64,000 nt of DNA from Eremomyces bilateralis CBS 781.70 (Eukaryota). The translations under genes were made by a program, and so were the position numbers. Where the stretch lies: NCBI GenBank assembly GCA_010015585.1, contig ML975150.1. One strand, written 5' to 3'. Below the pieces are notes generated by a model. That model saw only the letters and a list, made by a program, of their open reading frames with translations. It was not told the origin of the DNA and did not search any database. Below, one piece after another: positions 26,764 through 40,100 of the stretch (position 1 is the first letter of the stretch; each line of letters starts with the position of its first letter).

Positions 26764-27768
26764 CTAATCTACAAGAACCACCATCTTCCCATTTGCCGCA
26801 CTACCTTCCATCGCCCGGTGCGCTTCACGGATCTCCTTTTCCTCAAATCGGAACACCCTAACCGGTTTCTCCTCGATCTTCCCATCGGCAACCGTCTGGA
26901 AAATCTCCAGCAACGGCACATCAGCCAGCGGAAACTCCAACGTTCCATATACAAAGCTTCCGAAAAAGCTGAAATGCACCCCGCTAGCCATTTGAAGCAG
27001 CGGATTGAAATCTACAATCGGCTCGAGCCCTCCAAGGAATCCAGCCAGGCACAGCCGCCCTCCGCGCCGGATAACCGTCAGCGATTCCAACAACGTGCTG
27101 TTCCCGATCAACTCTAAAACAGCATCGAATTTCGACGGCTTATGACACGCGATACTAAGCCGCTCCGGCAGGCCCGGGCCTTCCTGCTCGACTCTCTCGA
27201 CGCCCAGCGCAATCAGTTCGTTATGGCGCTGCGCTTTCCGCGTCGTCGCGAAGACCTTGACCCCCTTGTTCACGGCTAACTTGACCGCCGCCTTCCCCAG
27301 CGCGGAGGTAGCGCCGCGGACGAGTAATGTCTGTCCAGCGCGGAGTTCGAGGTTCTGAAACAGGCATGTCCATGCCGTCGCGTAGGTCTCGGGGATGGCC
27401 GCGAGCTGGTCCCAGGGCAAAGGAAGCGAGTCGACTGTGCCAAGCTCAACGACGGTTGCGACACTCGCGTTCGTGTACTCCGCATAGCTACCGTTGATGG
27501 TGCGGCCGAGTCCTCCCATCAGGCTAACGACGGCGGTACCGAGCTGAAATTCACTCCCGGGACAGGCGGCGACAGTTCCGACGCACTCTATGCCGATGAT
27601 GGGCATGGCTTCGGCCCAATCGCCGCGTCGCATGTACATTTCGGCGTGGTTGAGGCCGAAGGCTCGGATCTTGATGAGGACGAAGCCTGCTTTGGGCTCG
27701 GGGGTGGGGACGGCTTTCATGACCAGGCGGTCTGGGCCGCCAAACTCTTCCACGACGATAGCCTTCAT
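26764..27768 (-). CDS. Medium-chain dehydrogenase/reductase (quinone-oxidoreductase-like), intronless
   Basis: MKAIVVEEFGGPD, GIECVG, GSYAEY, PETYATAW, RGATSALG Rossmann motif, EAHRAMEG...GKMVV. Confidence 0.9.
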   Translation of the reverse strand: MKAIVVEEFGGPDRLVMKAVPTPEPKAGFVLIKIRAFGLNHAEMYMRRGDWAEAMPIIGIECVGTVAACPGSEFQLGTAVVSLMGGLGRTINGSYAEYTNASVATVVELGTVDSLPLPWDQLAAIPETYATAWTCLFQNLELRAGQTLLVRGATSALGKAAVKLAVNKGVKVFATTRKAQRHNELIALGVERVEQEGPGLPERLSIACHKPSKFDAVLELIGNSTLLESLTVIRRGGRLCLAGFLGGLEPIVDFNPLLQMASGVHFSFFGSFVYGTLEFPLADVPLLEIFQTVADGKIEEKPVRVFRFEEKEIREAHRAMEGSAANGKMVVLVD

Positions 27769-28406
27769 GGTTGATAGTGAAATATGATAGTGGAGTATGA
27801 TAGTAGGACCAATTGGTGACTAATAGTTAAGATGTAAGAATTGCCAACTTGAATAGTGAGACGTTGAAGGCTAGGACATGTTCGAGGACAGTTATATAGC
27901 ACGAGGACGGCTCCTCGCCGCGGAGAAGGATTATCATAACTAGACATAACAAATGATTACCTATTCACTAAGCATTGTACACAGCTAATATGCAAAGCGA
28001 TATCTTGCATTTTGTTTTGGACAGCAAAAAGTAGTGGAGGCACACCGAGGATGTATGAGCAAGGATTGCAATGCCCCGTTCTGGTTAGCGTGTGTTCCAA
28101 ACGTGTTTCTGTTCGTCAAGACCCTGAGGACGAGACAAACGACGGGACCTTCGGTTTGCTGACTGATATAATGATTCGTTGAAAAGTCAGGGACGCTTGC
28201 AAAGGCCGAAGCTGCGCAGAAACCAGAAACATATATTTAGTTATTCTTCCAAGAGAGCTTACCGGGGATACGAGACCTGATGAGGGAGGTGCTTCAATCT
28301 ACGGAATTTAGTGATAATTTATAATCACAACTGCAGGATATTAGCTAACAATAGATATCCGAAATCTCTCCACCCATCTCCAGAGTCCTTACATGTGCCG
28401 TTCCCC

Positions 28407-30104
28407 TCAAGTACCCTTCATCTCCACGTCACTATCCTCCCGACTCCGCGTCAGCCAACTCAAAACACCCCACGTCGCTCTCACTGCTTCGATTCGCTCG
28501 ACCATGTTGAACATGTCGAACCATTGCGTGCGTTTCAGCGTGGGTCGGCACCAATCTGGATCTTCAGGCACCGGGTTCGGGAATTGGCCGGAGGTCAAGA
28601 ACGCGACGTAAGCCCGATGCACGCGGAGACGCAGGATCGAAATGTGCGAGTGAACCGCAGAGAGGAGGTAGACCTATCGATGAAATGTCAGCCGAATATC
28701 GTAGGTTGAACGGGATGGGATGGATGCAAGCGGAACTGGGTGCGGCCTTACCTCGTCCCAATCCTTCTCGTCTGGCTTCCCGATCGCCTCGTACACCGTT
28801 TTGATGTCCCAATATGGTTGGCTAGGCCTCAAGGTCTTCCAAGCCTCTAATGCTGCCAGCTTGCGCCTCTCCGCCGCAGATTGGGATTTCTTTTGCTTCT
28901 CCGCTGCTTTAGCATCCGAGCTCGATTTCTCGTTGTTTGCAGCGCCGGCGCCAGCTTCCGTGGCTCCATTCTTGATTTCCTCGTCACTTAACCCTTCCCC
29001 CATTTCGCCACCAGGCCCCCCACCCCAGCGCGGGGTGGTCGTCCACCACATCCCCTCGCCAGGTCGCTTCCCTTCCCAATCTTTCTCCCTAGCGCGCTCT
29101 TGAGCGAGTAGTAGTAGGACACCGAAGTCGCGGACGAGCTCCAGGATTTCTTCCTTCGAAGAAAGGCCATCGGTTTGGTCTTGATCCTTTTGAAGCTCCT
29201 CAACCAAGCCCTCGAGCTCCTTCGGAATGATCTGCTTACCAAACCAACTCTCGCCAGCGTCCGCGCATCTTACGCCTATAATAGGTCCTTTAATCCAACC
29301 AGCCCTGGCTCGGACTCGATCCGTATCGGGCCGGTAGATGCCGTGTGTGAGGCGCACGGGCCAGAGCACAGATCCCAGCTTCACAACAGGAGCACGGCGC
29401 GGGGTTGTCACCGACAGGCCATGAGCCCAGGCAATAGGCTCCATGAAGCCCCGAATAAGAGCGGGCAGTGCGTTCATGGGGACTTCTGTAGGCGAGGAGA
29501 TACGGTAGCCCGTATACATTGTACCACGAGGCAGGCCTCTCGCAGCGACTGCTTGGTGGGAAGTTGTGCCCGACGACGGCCCGGAGGGCGTACTTGCATT
29601 CGAATTAAGGGCGGTAAGGGGAGGAAATGGGCTTTGCGTTGCGCTAGGTGACGGAGTCACAGGCGACGGTTTTTGCTTTTTCTGGGGATGGATATCAGAC
29701 GCCTGCGCTGTCGCTTCGGTACTAGAGTCTTCAGCGCCAACAGTGGAGCCAGGCGGAGAAGCCTCATGGCTCCCGTCTAGTTCCCCCCTTGGGGGGATGT
29801 AATGATCCTGAGTAGTGTCCCAATAATAGGCACTCTCGTCGAGAGCTTCCCAAAAGCGGCGACTATGACTAAGTCGCGGCGCTGGAGCTCCTCCCTGGGC
29901 TTTCCTTGACAGGACGGAGTACGCTGTACTGTTCGGTACCTGGAATTCTTTAATCCTGCCATGGAAGTCTCGATGCTGCGGCGCCGTACGACCATCACTA
30001 AGCCGTGGTGAATGTGTAGAAGGCGTTGATGCAGGCTGGGGCGGCCCCAGCCATTCCACTGGCGGGATTGATGGAGAATTGCATATCTGCTCGATCTTTT
30101 CCAC
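28407..30104 (-). CDS. Hypothetical fungal protein (5' end uncertain; frame open to about 30320)
   Basis: 476-aa ORF with LLLLAQERARE, WWTTTPRWGGGPGGE and WDIKTVYEAIGK; intron near 28752-28675; last exon VHRAYVAFL...RTQWFDMFNMVERIEA. Confidence 0.7.
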
Positions 30105-31522
30105 CTGCGTCCACGAAAGATTGAGCGTCTTCAGATGTTCCTCGCCTATGTCCGATGGCTTCCGGACATTGGAAAACGACCTTGCTACATCTGGGTGGGA
30201 TTCTGCTGTCCATGAAGCAGCCTGTAACTGGACCGAACGGTGACGAGGAAGGAATATTTCACGCGGCAGAGCGGGAGCTGCTCGTTCCTGTTCCGGATCA
30301 TAGCGAGAGGCAATTAGAGAACCTGTTTGGTTTTATTAGAATATTTTCAAAAATGCTCATCGCCTCTCCACTAGCTGATATGAACTCGCAGAGAACTTGC
30401 AGACTTGGACGACAAGGAAATAAACACGTGGTGATTGGAGCCTGGGACTACTTTCGGTGGATTTCGAATGCGGTACGGTGACGGGACCAATGGTCTATTA
30501 TTGGTAGTATATGTCGCATTCTTGACACTCGGATATCCATTCGAGCGATCTGGGCCGATGCACTCTTGTTCTTTCCTGACACCAAGGACTCAGGCGGTGT
30601 AACATCGGCTCCGTATAGATATACCAATATCCATGGACCAAGGATCCAAAGCTTGGTTTCGTATGAAATTCATAAAATGAAATAGCAACCGCTCCATTGC
30701 CAGACAGCATGTTTGGTTTCAAGGCAGATAGGGTATTCCCAGGGCTCAAGAGGGTCATCCATACAAGGGAACATCGAGAAGGAGACACTGGAATACTGAA
30801 GGAAAGGAAGCTGGTAACATACTGTTTATGCTCGACACAGTGAAGCCAAACATATCTGCAACGGTCCAGATCGGAGCTGCTTAGCCATTGAATTACGTAG
30901 GAGTGAGGGTTTATTGTCCCTGGGAAGATGTAAAGTGAGGGCCGGGCTGTCTTCGGAGTTCTTCGAATGCAACAACAGGAAGGTGTTCAGAGCTCTCAAG
31001 CAGCAAAGCTAGCGGGAGCCAGGAAGTACCTTCGCCAGATAATCGAGCCTAAGCGATTGCGTAGGAAGCTTTCCCGGGGAGCCGGTTCTGTTGAATGCCA
31101 GCGACGCTTGACCGTCCTTGGAACGTCTACATGCAGCTATCGAGCTGGATTCTAAGTACCACACGCGACTCAAGAAGCGGACAGGGACGAGGATGGACGA
31201 GGGATGGACGAGTCGGTCCTGGGGAACCGTCCAATGGCGAGGTAGAGAGTGAAAGGAGGTTGGGGGGTAGAGACCCGTAGAGCAGTTATTTAATCAAGCA
31301 GGATTTTCGGACCAGGACCAATCAATATCATCAGCACAAAGCATTAAATAGAGGAAAGTGTAGACTACAATCGAATGTTCGTGCTGGTATCGGTATGAAA
31401 TCAGTTCATTGAGAGGTGACTGTTACGCCGTCAGGCGTGAGGCGTCAGGGAGATTGTACTTTGTAGCCTTGTAGCCTGTAGGAATTATTAATAATCATGT
31501 TGCCAGTGAAATATTGGTAGTG

Positions 31523-31618
31523 GTCACGTGCATTCGTTGACAACCAGAGACGACAGAGTCCAGAGGCCCAGAGCCTAGAGGTTTGATATTAGTAAGCACA
31601 GGCTATCCAGTCACGTGA
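31523..31618. promoter_or_regulatory. Pair of GTCACGTG E-box (Cbf1/bHLH-type) sites in a divergent intergenic region
   Basis: GTCACGTG at 31523-31530 and GTCACGTGA at 31610-31618; function is inferred from the motif only. Confidence 0.35.
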
Positions 31619-32474
31619 TAGACTTGTTCCTTTGGTCCTACTCTGGTTCTCCCTCGTCTATCTGAATACGTTTTTGTAAAGATTAGTTCTCTACCGGGAA
31701 CCTAAAGCGTTCCCTAAACATGGAATTTGCCATTGGCAACGTTAACATTGAATAAGGTATTGTTTGGTCATCGCAAGCAAGAGTGCAAGGCGTGGACCTC
31801 GGCGCTTGCAGAGTGCAGAGGGGCCTGAGAGTCAGACACAACAAAGGCCATAGCAACCTCTACAGCTCCACTACCCCCAACCTCCCGCGTTTCCCGTCAC
31901 GGCATCATGCACCACACTTCGAGATGGCATGTCAACGTCTGGTTTATCGTGATCGCTTTCAATAATATTGCATGCACGCAGTGAGACGTGTGGCCTCAGA
32001 AGACACCCTTTCCTGGCGATCGGCGAGGCTAGGGTTGTTCTGTGTGGGACCGAGGCGGCCAGGAGAGCTTGGCTGGTTGCAATGCTTCAGGTTTGTAGCG
32101 CCCACGTCTCGACAGCGGCAAGCTTGAAACCATATGAGCCTCATGTTCCATCAGCCATGCACCGCAATGCGACGGCTTCCCCCACTCCCGACAATGTTCG
32201 AACATGGCGACTTGTATTCGTTTCTGTTCCAGTTTTTCGTCGAGCCTTCGGTTTGATCGTATCGAAAGTAGACTATCGTGTTCCGTCTTCTCCTCCGTGT
32301 ATGACAATTCGAGTCGTTCTCTGATATTCAAGTGTTCATGTTTCCTTTGCTCTCCTCTTTGCCATGTTCTCCGCTATGTCATAATATCCAGGACCTTTCT
32401 GTTCATGAAATATCCGTTCGATATACGGTTAGATACATTCCATATGAGATGAATACTTTTGAAGCGTTGCATGG

Positions 32475-34683
32475 ATGGACAGAGACAGCAACAGGACCAC
32501 CACGTTCCGTGGGAAGAAGTGTACGAAAGTCCGCAGAACCAGCTCTATCTCGATTGAGAGCTCTTCGTCCGCAACATCCCCAAGCACTACGTCGACGACT
32601 ACGCAAACTTCTTCGTCAGAGAACCGCAATGAAGACCCTCCAACGACCCAAACGACTACGACGGCCGTAGTACCACCTCCCGTTGATGTGACTCTTCAGC
32701 CAGCCCCGTCGTCCGAGCCATCTCCTATATTACCTCCACCTGTGCTAGAATCTTCGTCGGCCACACCAACACCCCTAGTGCCTCCAACCGGTCAGTTCGT
32801 AGAGACCTTTGGGCATCAACAGCAGCTAACCTCGCGAAGAACCTCCGGTCATCACTGACCCAGCCAAAGAGCCATCGCCTACAAGCAACCCGACTACGGT
32901 GAATCCATCATCAACGCCCATCCAAGAATCGCCCGAATCCGTCATTCCGTCTCCTTCGCAACCATTTACCCCTTTCTCCGACTCCACGCCTATCTCAACG
33001 AGAAGTTCGAGTCTTCATATCCTCCCAACTGCCGGTCCTGCTTTACCTATTGACAGTCCCGAAGATGGCCATGTCTCGGGAGGTGGCCATGTCTCAGGGG
33101 GCGACCATACGGGAGGGTCACATCATGGTAAAGGTAGCGGCTTCCCACTCGCTGCAACAATTGCCGGCACACTCGGTGGGGTTGCTGCGTTATCCATTAT
33201 AACCCTATTATGGTTTTGTCTTCGAAGGAGGAGGCGCAAGTCTGCGTCATCTGGGCCATCCCAAAGCCGGTTCTCATTTGAACCCGACCGTCGAGGCCTT
33301 TCGTCAACAGTGTTGGGACTCTTTAACAAGGCCTCGGTCTCCTCTAGAAGAGCTAGGGACAAGGTGCCGTGGTTGAAAGAGAAAGGTGCCGTTTACCAAC
33401 ATCAGAACAACGGCTTTCTATCCCAGGCTGCTGGAGCAGCCTTTCGAAATCGATCTCACAGCTCCCCTACGGCTGGTCTAAAAACTAGGTTAGGGGGCAG
33501 TTTCTCTAAATTGCCGTGGTGGAAAGACAAAAGACAAGTGGCACCAATCGCACCCATTCCAGTGCAAAATCGAACAACGTCACCAGCAAATGGCTCGGAG
33601 TCACCAATCGAACCGTATACTCCTGCAATGGTTCAGCGTGCTCTCTTGCCAGAGGACCCATTCCTCGACTCTCCCGAACGACTCCCTCCTCTACTGAGGC
33701 TCATGAACCCTGATCCTTCGAGCACTCCGAATTCGACAGATAATCTCGACCCCAGTAGACCGTCTCCATTGGGAGTCCAAGCAGGCTCCAAAGAATCGAG
33801 TCCAGGCTCGCACGCCCGTTCCCTATCGTTGAATAACCCGATCGACCCCTTCAGAGACCCCGATCCCGAAGCGGCATGGTCGGCACTGCTTCCAGGCCGG
33901 GAAAATACATTCGCTGCGGCTGCTCTTCCGAAGTCATCACATAGTAGCGGTTCGGGATTCATTATACAGTCGAACTCGCTTCCTGACCAGCCCCGGTCGG
34001 CGCATACATCTACATCATCCCATTCTCGCACTCGGAGCGCTAGCCTTGCGCTGCAATCCCATCCTCCTGAAAAGAATAACAGAGATACCTATTCCGCCAT
34101 CCCAACAAATCCGTTCGTCGACCTTTCCGATCCTAGGAACTCAAGTTCGGCGAAGTACGGCATAGACCCGTCTAGAGACAGTCCGTCGACACAAGCGATG
34201 CAGCAGTGGGTCACGCAGCATCAACGCAAGCCATCGATCACGTCATCATCTGTCTACACAGCCACACGCAGGCTTGATGACATGCGCACCACAACCACGA
34301 CGAACTTCTCTCGCAAGCCTTCTGCAACCCACGCTCACAAACCGTCGCTGTCTGCTGAAACGCCCCCCATCAGCACTGTCCCATCCACGCTTCGCAGCGC
34401 AATTTCCGATCAATCAAGCACAAATGAACCTGCTACCATCGGTTCCACTGCGTCGAGTGCATCCGATTATACTAATATCCCATCAAATCAGCAACGTCTC
34501 TTGCGTCCGAACGGCGGTCTTGGAATGGCGAGGAAGACTATCCTACACGCCGAGCGGACACCAGATTGGACTGGCACGCCGAATGGAAAGGAATTGAGTG
34601 GATATTTCAGCGAGAGGACGACAAAAGGGAAAAGTGATCCTTTTGATTTAGAGGTGCTGGGTATGAATACGCCGAGGGGGTAA
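32475..34683 (+). CDS. Ser/Thr/Pro-rich single-pass membrane protein with long disordered cytoplasmic tail (start uncertain)
   Basis: ORF 32475..32858 joins ORF 32899..34683 in frame through intron 32791..32839. TM helix IAGTLGGVAALSIITLLWFCL is followed by RRRRRK, with NPF and DPF motifs and a C-terminal KSDPFDLE. Confidence 0.7.
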
Positions 34684-35227
34684 TGGACCTCGTTGGGCCC
34701 TAGGGCATAGTATGAATTTCATTGTTGCTTGCGTAAACGGAGTCATGATTCATGTGTACGATGAAAGTAACCCTCGTTTATTAGACTTCTTCTCCTTTAT
34801 ATCGGTCGTCAAACTCGGGGAACTGCGGGCGAGATGGGAACAGGTTCAGATTAGCGAAGCATTAAAGATCTAATACACCAATGCCAGGATTTTGATAGCA
34901 TATCGAACATTTTTACGAGTCACGACTTCAATACAGTCGGTGGTGTCAGCGTGATCATGTACATGTCATCGAAGTTCTAATAATGTTTTAATTTGTCGTT
35001 CCATGACATTCATCGTCCTTCTCCAGGATGCGACCATATTTCCACGATAGTAAATCCTGCATCCCCAGAGAATGAAAAGCTATACACAACCGAAGAGTAA
35101 AAAGCACCGCGCTGAGCCCCGACTTTAGCAACCCTTGAGGGCATATGCACCCGAAAATCCATGGCCGTAACACCTGTAGCCCCGATACCTGTAGTTGTCT
35201 GTATCGTTTTCCGCCCCTCACTAACGT

Positions 35228-37182
35228 CTACCAGCTAAAGCTCTCCTCCATAAACGTCACTGACCGATCCGTCATGTACGGCCGACACGCCGCTCGCACG
35301 TCGTCCGCGAGCTCGCCCACCCCGCAGCACGTCACCCCAACCGCGCCGATCGCAGTGTCCACCTCCTGCGTGATCAGCCGCCGGATGTCCGGGCGGCCCG
35401 GCATCATCTGCACGGAGCTGCTCGGCGAGTGGATCTCCCGATTGCTCTTCGGCCGCGTGATGAACAGCAGGATCTTTAGGATGTCACGTCGTTTCGGCAG
35501 CGCTAGGATCATCGTCATCCACTTGCGGATCCACTCGAGGTGTTCTGGTGATTGGATCACCCACACGAGCGTCACCTTGCGGGTCGCGCAGGTGCCGTTG
35601 CCGTACGCTGCCACTAGATCGCGCACGTGCGGCACTTGGTGCGTGATGCCGACGCCGGCGGCGAAGAGGAGGACGGTGCCGTACGAACGGAGGTCCTGGG
35701 AGCCGTAGGGGCCTTCAACGATGCCCCACGTGTGGATGAAGCCGGAGGGCTCGCGCTGGACACGGCGGTACATTTTCTCGGTGAAGCCCGTGCGTTTGCG
35801 GCAGATAAAGGAGAATGTGGTGGCGTGGACGGAGAGGACTTCGGAGCTGGTGATGGGGAGGACTTTTTCGCCGAGGGTCGTCATGCTGCTGGTGTTGGAT
35901 GCGCCGGCTTCGTCAGTCACGCCGACGACTTCTTCGTCGGACCAGGCGACGGTGAAGGGGTGGGAGGTCCAGAGGCCGATGGAGGGGATGTAGAGGTAGG
36001 CGTGTTGGCCCGGGCGGAAGGCCCATGGACGGGCGAGGCGGACGGTGACGCGGCAGGCATCGCCTGGGAGGAGCTCGAGAGTCGTTTGGGTACCTCCATT
36101 TCCGAAGTTGCGGTAGATGATACGGAAGATTCGTAATGTGCGCTAGCGAATGTCAGTCGTGCATATAAGCCATATTGGGGCGATTTACGACGCACCTCGC
36201 CAATCCAGATGATCATCAAGCCGATGAGGATATTCCTCAGCCAAACCTCTTTTGCGATGTGATACCACAAGGCACCGAGGGCCATGGCAGCTGCAATGAT
36301 ATGAAAATGAAGGAAGGTTTCGTAGAATGCGTGTCGAACCGCAGAAGGAGAGGTGAACAGGATCCATAGGAAGCCGGACATTGCCTGTTCCCGTTAGTAT
36401 GTGCGATATCTTTCCATCCTTTCGTGGATACGTACGATTGTGCCAGAAATCATCTTCATCGAAGACATGGACGCCTGAACCGCTGGCCACCCATTTGTTA
36501 GGACCTTCTTCGCCATCCAAGCCACCGTATGAATGACTGCTTGAATGATCGAAATGCGCCCGATCCACCGATGGATCAGGTTGAACGTGTCGAATGTGAT
36601 TCCGCAAAGAGGGATGAGGGGGTTGTTTCTCCCTGCCAACAGGAACAGTGGGAGCATGTTCATGACCGACAATATCCCCGTCCGACTAATAAGTTGCTTC
36701 AGGATCGTCTCCTGTCCGGCGTGCCACTCGATATTGTAGAAGCAGAAGAGCATCTGGAAACTGAAATAGCCGATCAGGAAAAGCATTTGGAACCGGCTCG
36801 GTAATGTGCCCATATTCATTACTGACGACAGCTTGAACTCTCGATGATGTCGCTTCCGGAATAAAGGCGCGTCCAGTAGGTGGCGTTTGACGCTTCCCCA
36901 GGTGGTATTTCGAAGAAGGAAGAATGCTTGCTGGTTCGTGCCCACGGACGCTATCAGGCGCATATATCGGCTTGAGAAGAGGACGACCGTAAAGATGGCG
37001 AGGGCAAGGATAATGCTCGACCAAGCAATATACATGTCTTTCACGAGACTCCTGTTCAGAGTGTCGGCGGGTGTGATTGTATTGTCATGGCCGCCGCCGC
37101 CACCGCTAGAGCCGCCGCTGGCGAGCACGACTGTGCTGGAGAAGCACAGAAGTGCCGAAGCAACTTTGAGCATTGAAGACAT
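35228..37182 (-). CDS. Ferric/cupric reductase-like transmembrane protein (FRE family)
   Basis: Signal peptide MSSMLKVASALLCFSSTVVLA; RNNPL, HRWIGR, YETFLHFH heme-ligand motifs; HPFT FAD motif; EGPYG, AGVGIT, EESFSW; two introns. Confidence 0.9.
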
Positions 37183-40100
37183 CCTGAGACTGGGCGATTC
37201 GAGGAGCACTTCGATTGTGTAAAGGGAGGAAGAAGGAAGGAGGAAGTCCGAGGGTAATTTGGACCAAGTGGGTGCAATTTCACTTCCTCATGTGTGTTTT
37301 GAAGGATCGTGATATCTTTAAGCTGTTGAAGCGCAGCAACGTAACGAAGGTTGAGGATTTGAAGGACGCAAGGGATCGGTATGTGGCTGTTGACACTCGG
37401 CTCTGGATTACAGGAATGAATCAAAGAGACTCAAGCCACGATCACGATCCAAGAGATTTGACTCTTCGATTTCCTGCAAGCCAAGCCTGGGCTGTGAATT
37501 TGTATATCGGTTCAAATGAGTGTCTGAAGAGTGAATGTCGACCTGTATTCGTAATCAGTTGTCATTCACCATCACACCAAACAACACGTGTGTGAAGTAA
37601 TGAAGCTCGGCGGCACCAGCATGTGTCTTCACTTGAATGGTTTCATGCGGCCATACCATATACATTTGAGATATTGGAAACATGCATTGAGTCGGAACCG
37701 ATGGGGTAAAAGCACAGCGACACAGTTGGATGGCACTCACTCTAGGTCAGCACTGGTCGTCATGAAAGTAAAACCGGAACGACAGAAAGGGAATTGTATG
37801 CGGTCGAGATCGATCGAAATGGCACCGGGCCGTTCTTGATAAGGGAAGACCTCCTGGAGTCTTCTGATATATTCGATCTTTCCACGAAGAGCCTGGGACA
37901 TGAAAGGGAGAAGATGGCTGGTCCGGAAAGGGAGGGATGGTTCGAGGTAGAGAGGGGGATCGTCGTCAACGATGACGACCACACTGGAACCGAATGAATC
38001 AAATGAATGTAAAAAAGGTATCACCGGACACATTGAACGGCAAAGGAGAGGGTCTGAAAGAGAATGACGGCCTTGACCTTCGAACGAGAAGCGTAACGGA
38101 CAAAGTGGTGGAAGGTTGAGGTTGGGTAAAGCGACCTGATGTCGTTGACGCTACAGTTACACGAAACGCCACCGCATGACAAAGTTTGATAACGACAGGG
38201 CACAGCCTGCACTCTTCCTGCACCCAGGCCTGCAGACTTTAATTGCTGACTGCCAGGGGGAGGGGACCGCCTGGTCTGGCTTCGTATGCACGTTGCGGCA
38301 GGCCAGCAGCAAACGAATATCTACGTCCCCAGAACTGGAGTCGTGATTCGTGAGGGAAATGATGAGTGGACTCGCTCAGTGGACAGCCTGCCGCACAGCC
38401 TAACTGTTCTTAACTGTTCCCAAGACATTTGTCCGGAAATACCCCACAGATGTGCCGATTCGCAACGCTGACTGGTGGAGGATCGATCTTGAAACACATG
38501 GCGTCTGCAGCCAGCAAGTCCCTCCTTGGATCTACAGGGGCCCTCATGTGGTCTTTTTCGTAGTTCAGGCGGGCTTCAACACTGTTCTGCACTCCGCTGC
38601 AGGGCTTTGTTTCTGATCGGCAGTAGAGGAGACAAGAAGATTGAGGAGCAAGCCACGCGGGTTGCTTACTGGGTCGCTGGTTGCCGCTGTGAATCGTTGG
38701 GAGAAGGAAAAAGTTGGGGGTTGATGGGGAATCAAGTTTCCACTAACACGATTTCTCGGACTCTCTCTCACAGTGCTCCAATTCTCCATCAAGGATCCCA
38801 GATTCATCAGTGTAGGGTACGTATATTTCTTACTCCAGTCCCATTTCTTCTTTTTCTACCATGGTAAGTTTCATACCTCCCAGGTTCTCTTTGGCAAAAA
38901 CCGATGGGTCCATCAGCAGCATTGGACGTTAGCTGTTGGTGCTGAAGCAGGCCTCGTCAGTCGTCAGCCAGATTTCGCCGGACGAAATGACGAAATGACG
39001 AAGTCCAGCGGCGCTTCTGTTCCAAATTTCTATGCCATATCACACCCTCATATAGTCCGGTTCGTTCGGAAAACAAAGGGCTTCATGGCCATTTTCATGC
39101 GACAAAATACGCATCGGACTGGGTGTCCGCCTGTCCGGTAATTAATTTCTCCCTGCGAAGGGCAAATCTTCGGATCAATTCCCGAGCCTCCTTGTCATCT
39201 GGATGCATCTAGCATCATGCCTCCGGTCTTACCCTAAGTTATTCCGGAAGATCCCATTTCATCAGATCGTTCATCACGGATTCATGGCAACTTGTTTTGC
39301 CATTTGTCGCACAGACCTTTCAGACCAGATTAGCGGCTCATGCTTGTTCCAACTCTACATCATACTAATGAGGATGAAATTCTACACGTCACAAGCGCCC
39401 GTCATATCCACCAGTCATTCCATTTGTCGCTTTGCCATGGCGCCTCTCTGTCACCTTTGTCGAGTTTGGTAAATTACAAGTCAAACTTTGGTAGTACGGG
39501 ATGAGACATCGGATGGAGGGAACTATTGATTCAAGGTGATGGAGGTGGGCGTGATAGTGGTTGAAACATGCCTCGTTTGAACATCGATATGGCCGTTTCG
39601 ACCGATTCGTTTCTACATCCCCAATTCCACCTTCTCATTCGCACGTCTCATGTAATCTCCGATAACAAGGAATGTTTGGTTGTTGTTGTTTTTGTACCTA
39701 TTGCTTTGTCTCAATAATATGAAGCCAGGCCTTTGTTTTTCATATCATTGACTGCTACCATCTATCAAGTCCTCTGCTCGGTGTCCATTTGATATCATAT
39801 TCTCTTTCTTTATGCTAGCGTCCTTGATTTCAGCTTCGCTTAATCAGAGTTCGGATGCGTCCGCCATAGACGATGTCAATATTGTGGCTGGGAACATACG
39901 TCACTGGGGATACCGACGGCGTCTCAACACTTCTCGCTTGTACAGCTTCTATGGCTGTGTGATGTGTCGCCGTCATTCCCTGCAATCTTTCCGAGCAAGG
40001 CCAGTTTAACACCACATGAGATGGCGGGAGACTCGAGCAATCCATGTATCGCCCGCAATCGGTACGCATTTGACATGACTTTGGTTTCCGCCTAATGCCT

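Noticed and set aside
37183..40000. Iron-regulatory motifs upstream of the ferric reductase (scattered GATAA, one TGCACCC near 38219)
   Set aside because: No full SreA-type ATCWGATAA site was seen, the Aft1 motif belongs to budding yeasts, and such short matches are expected by chance.
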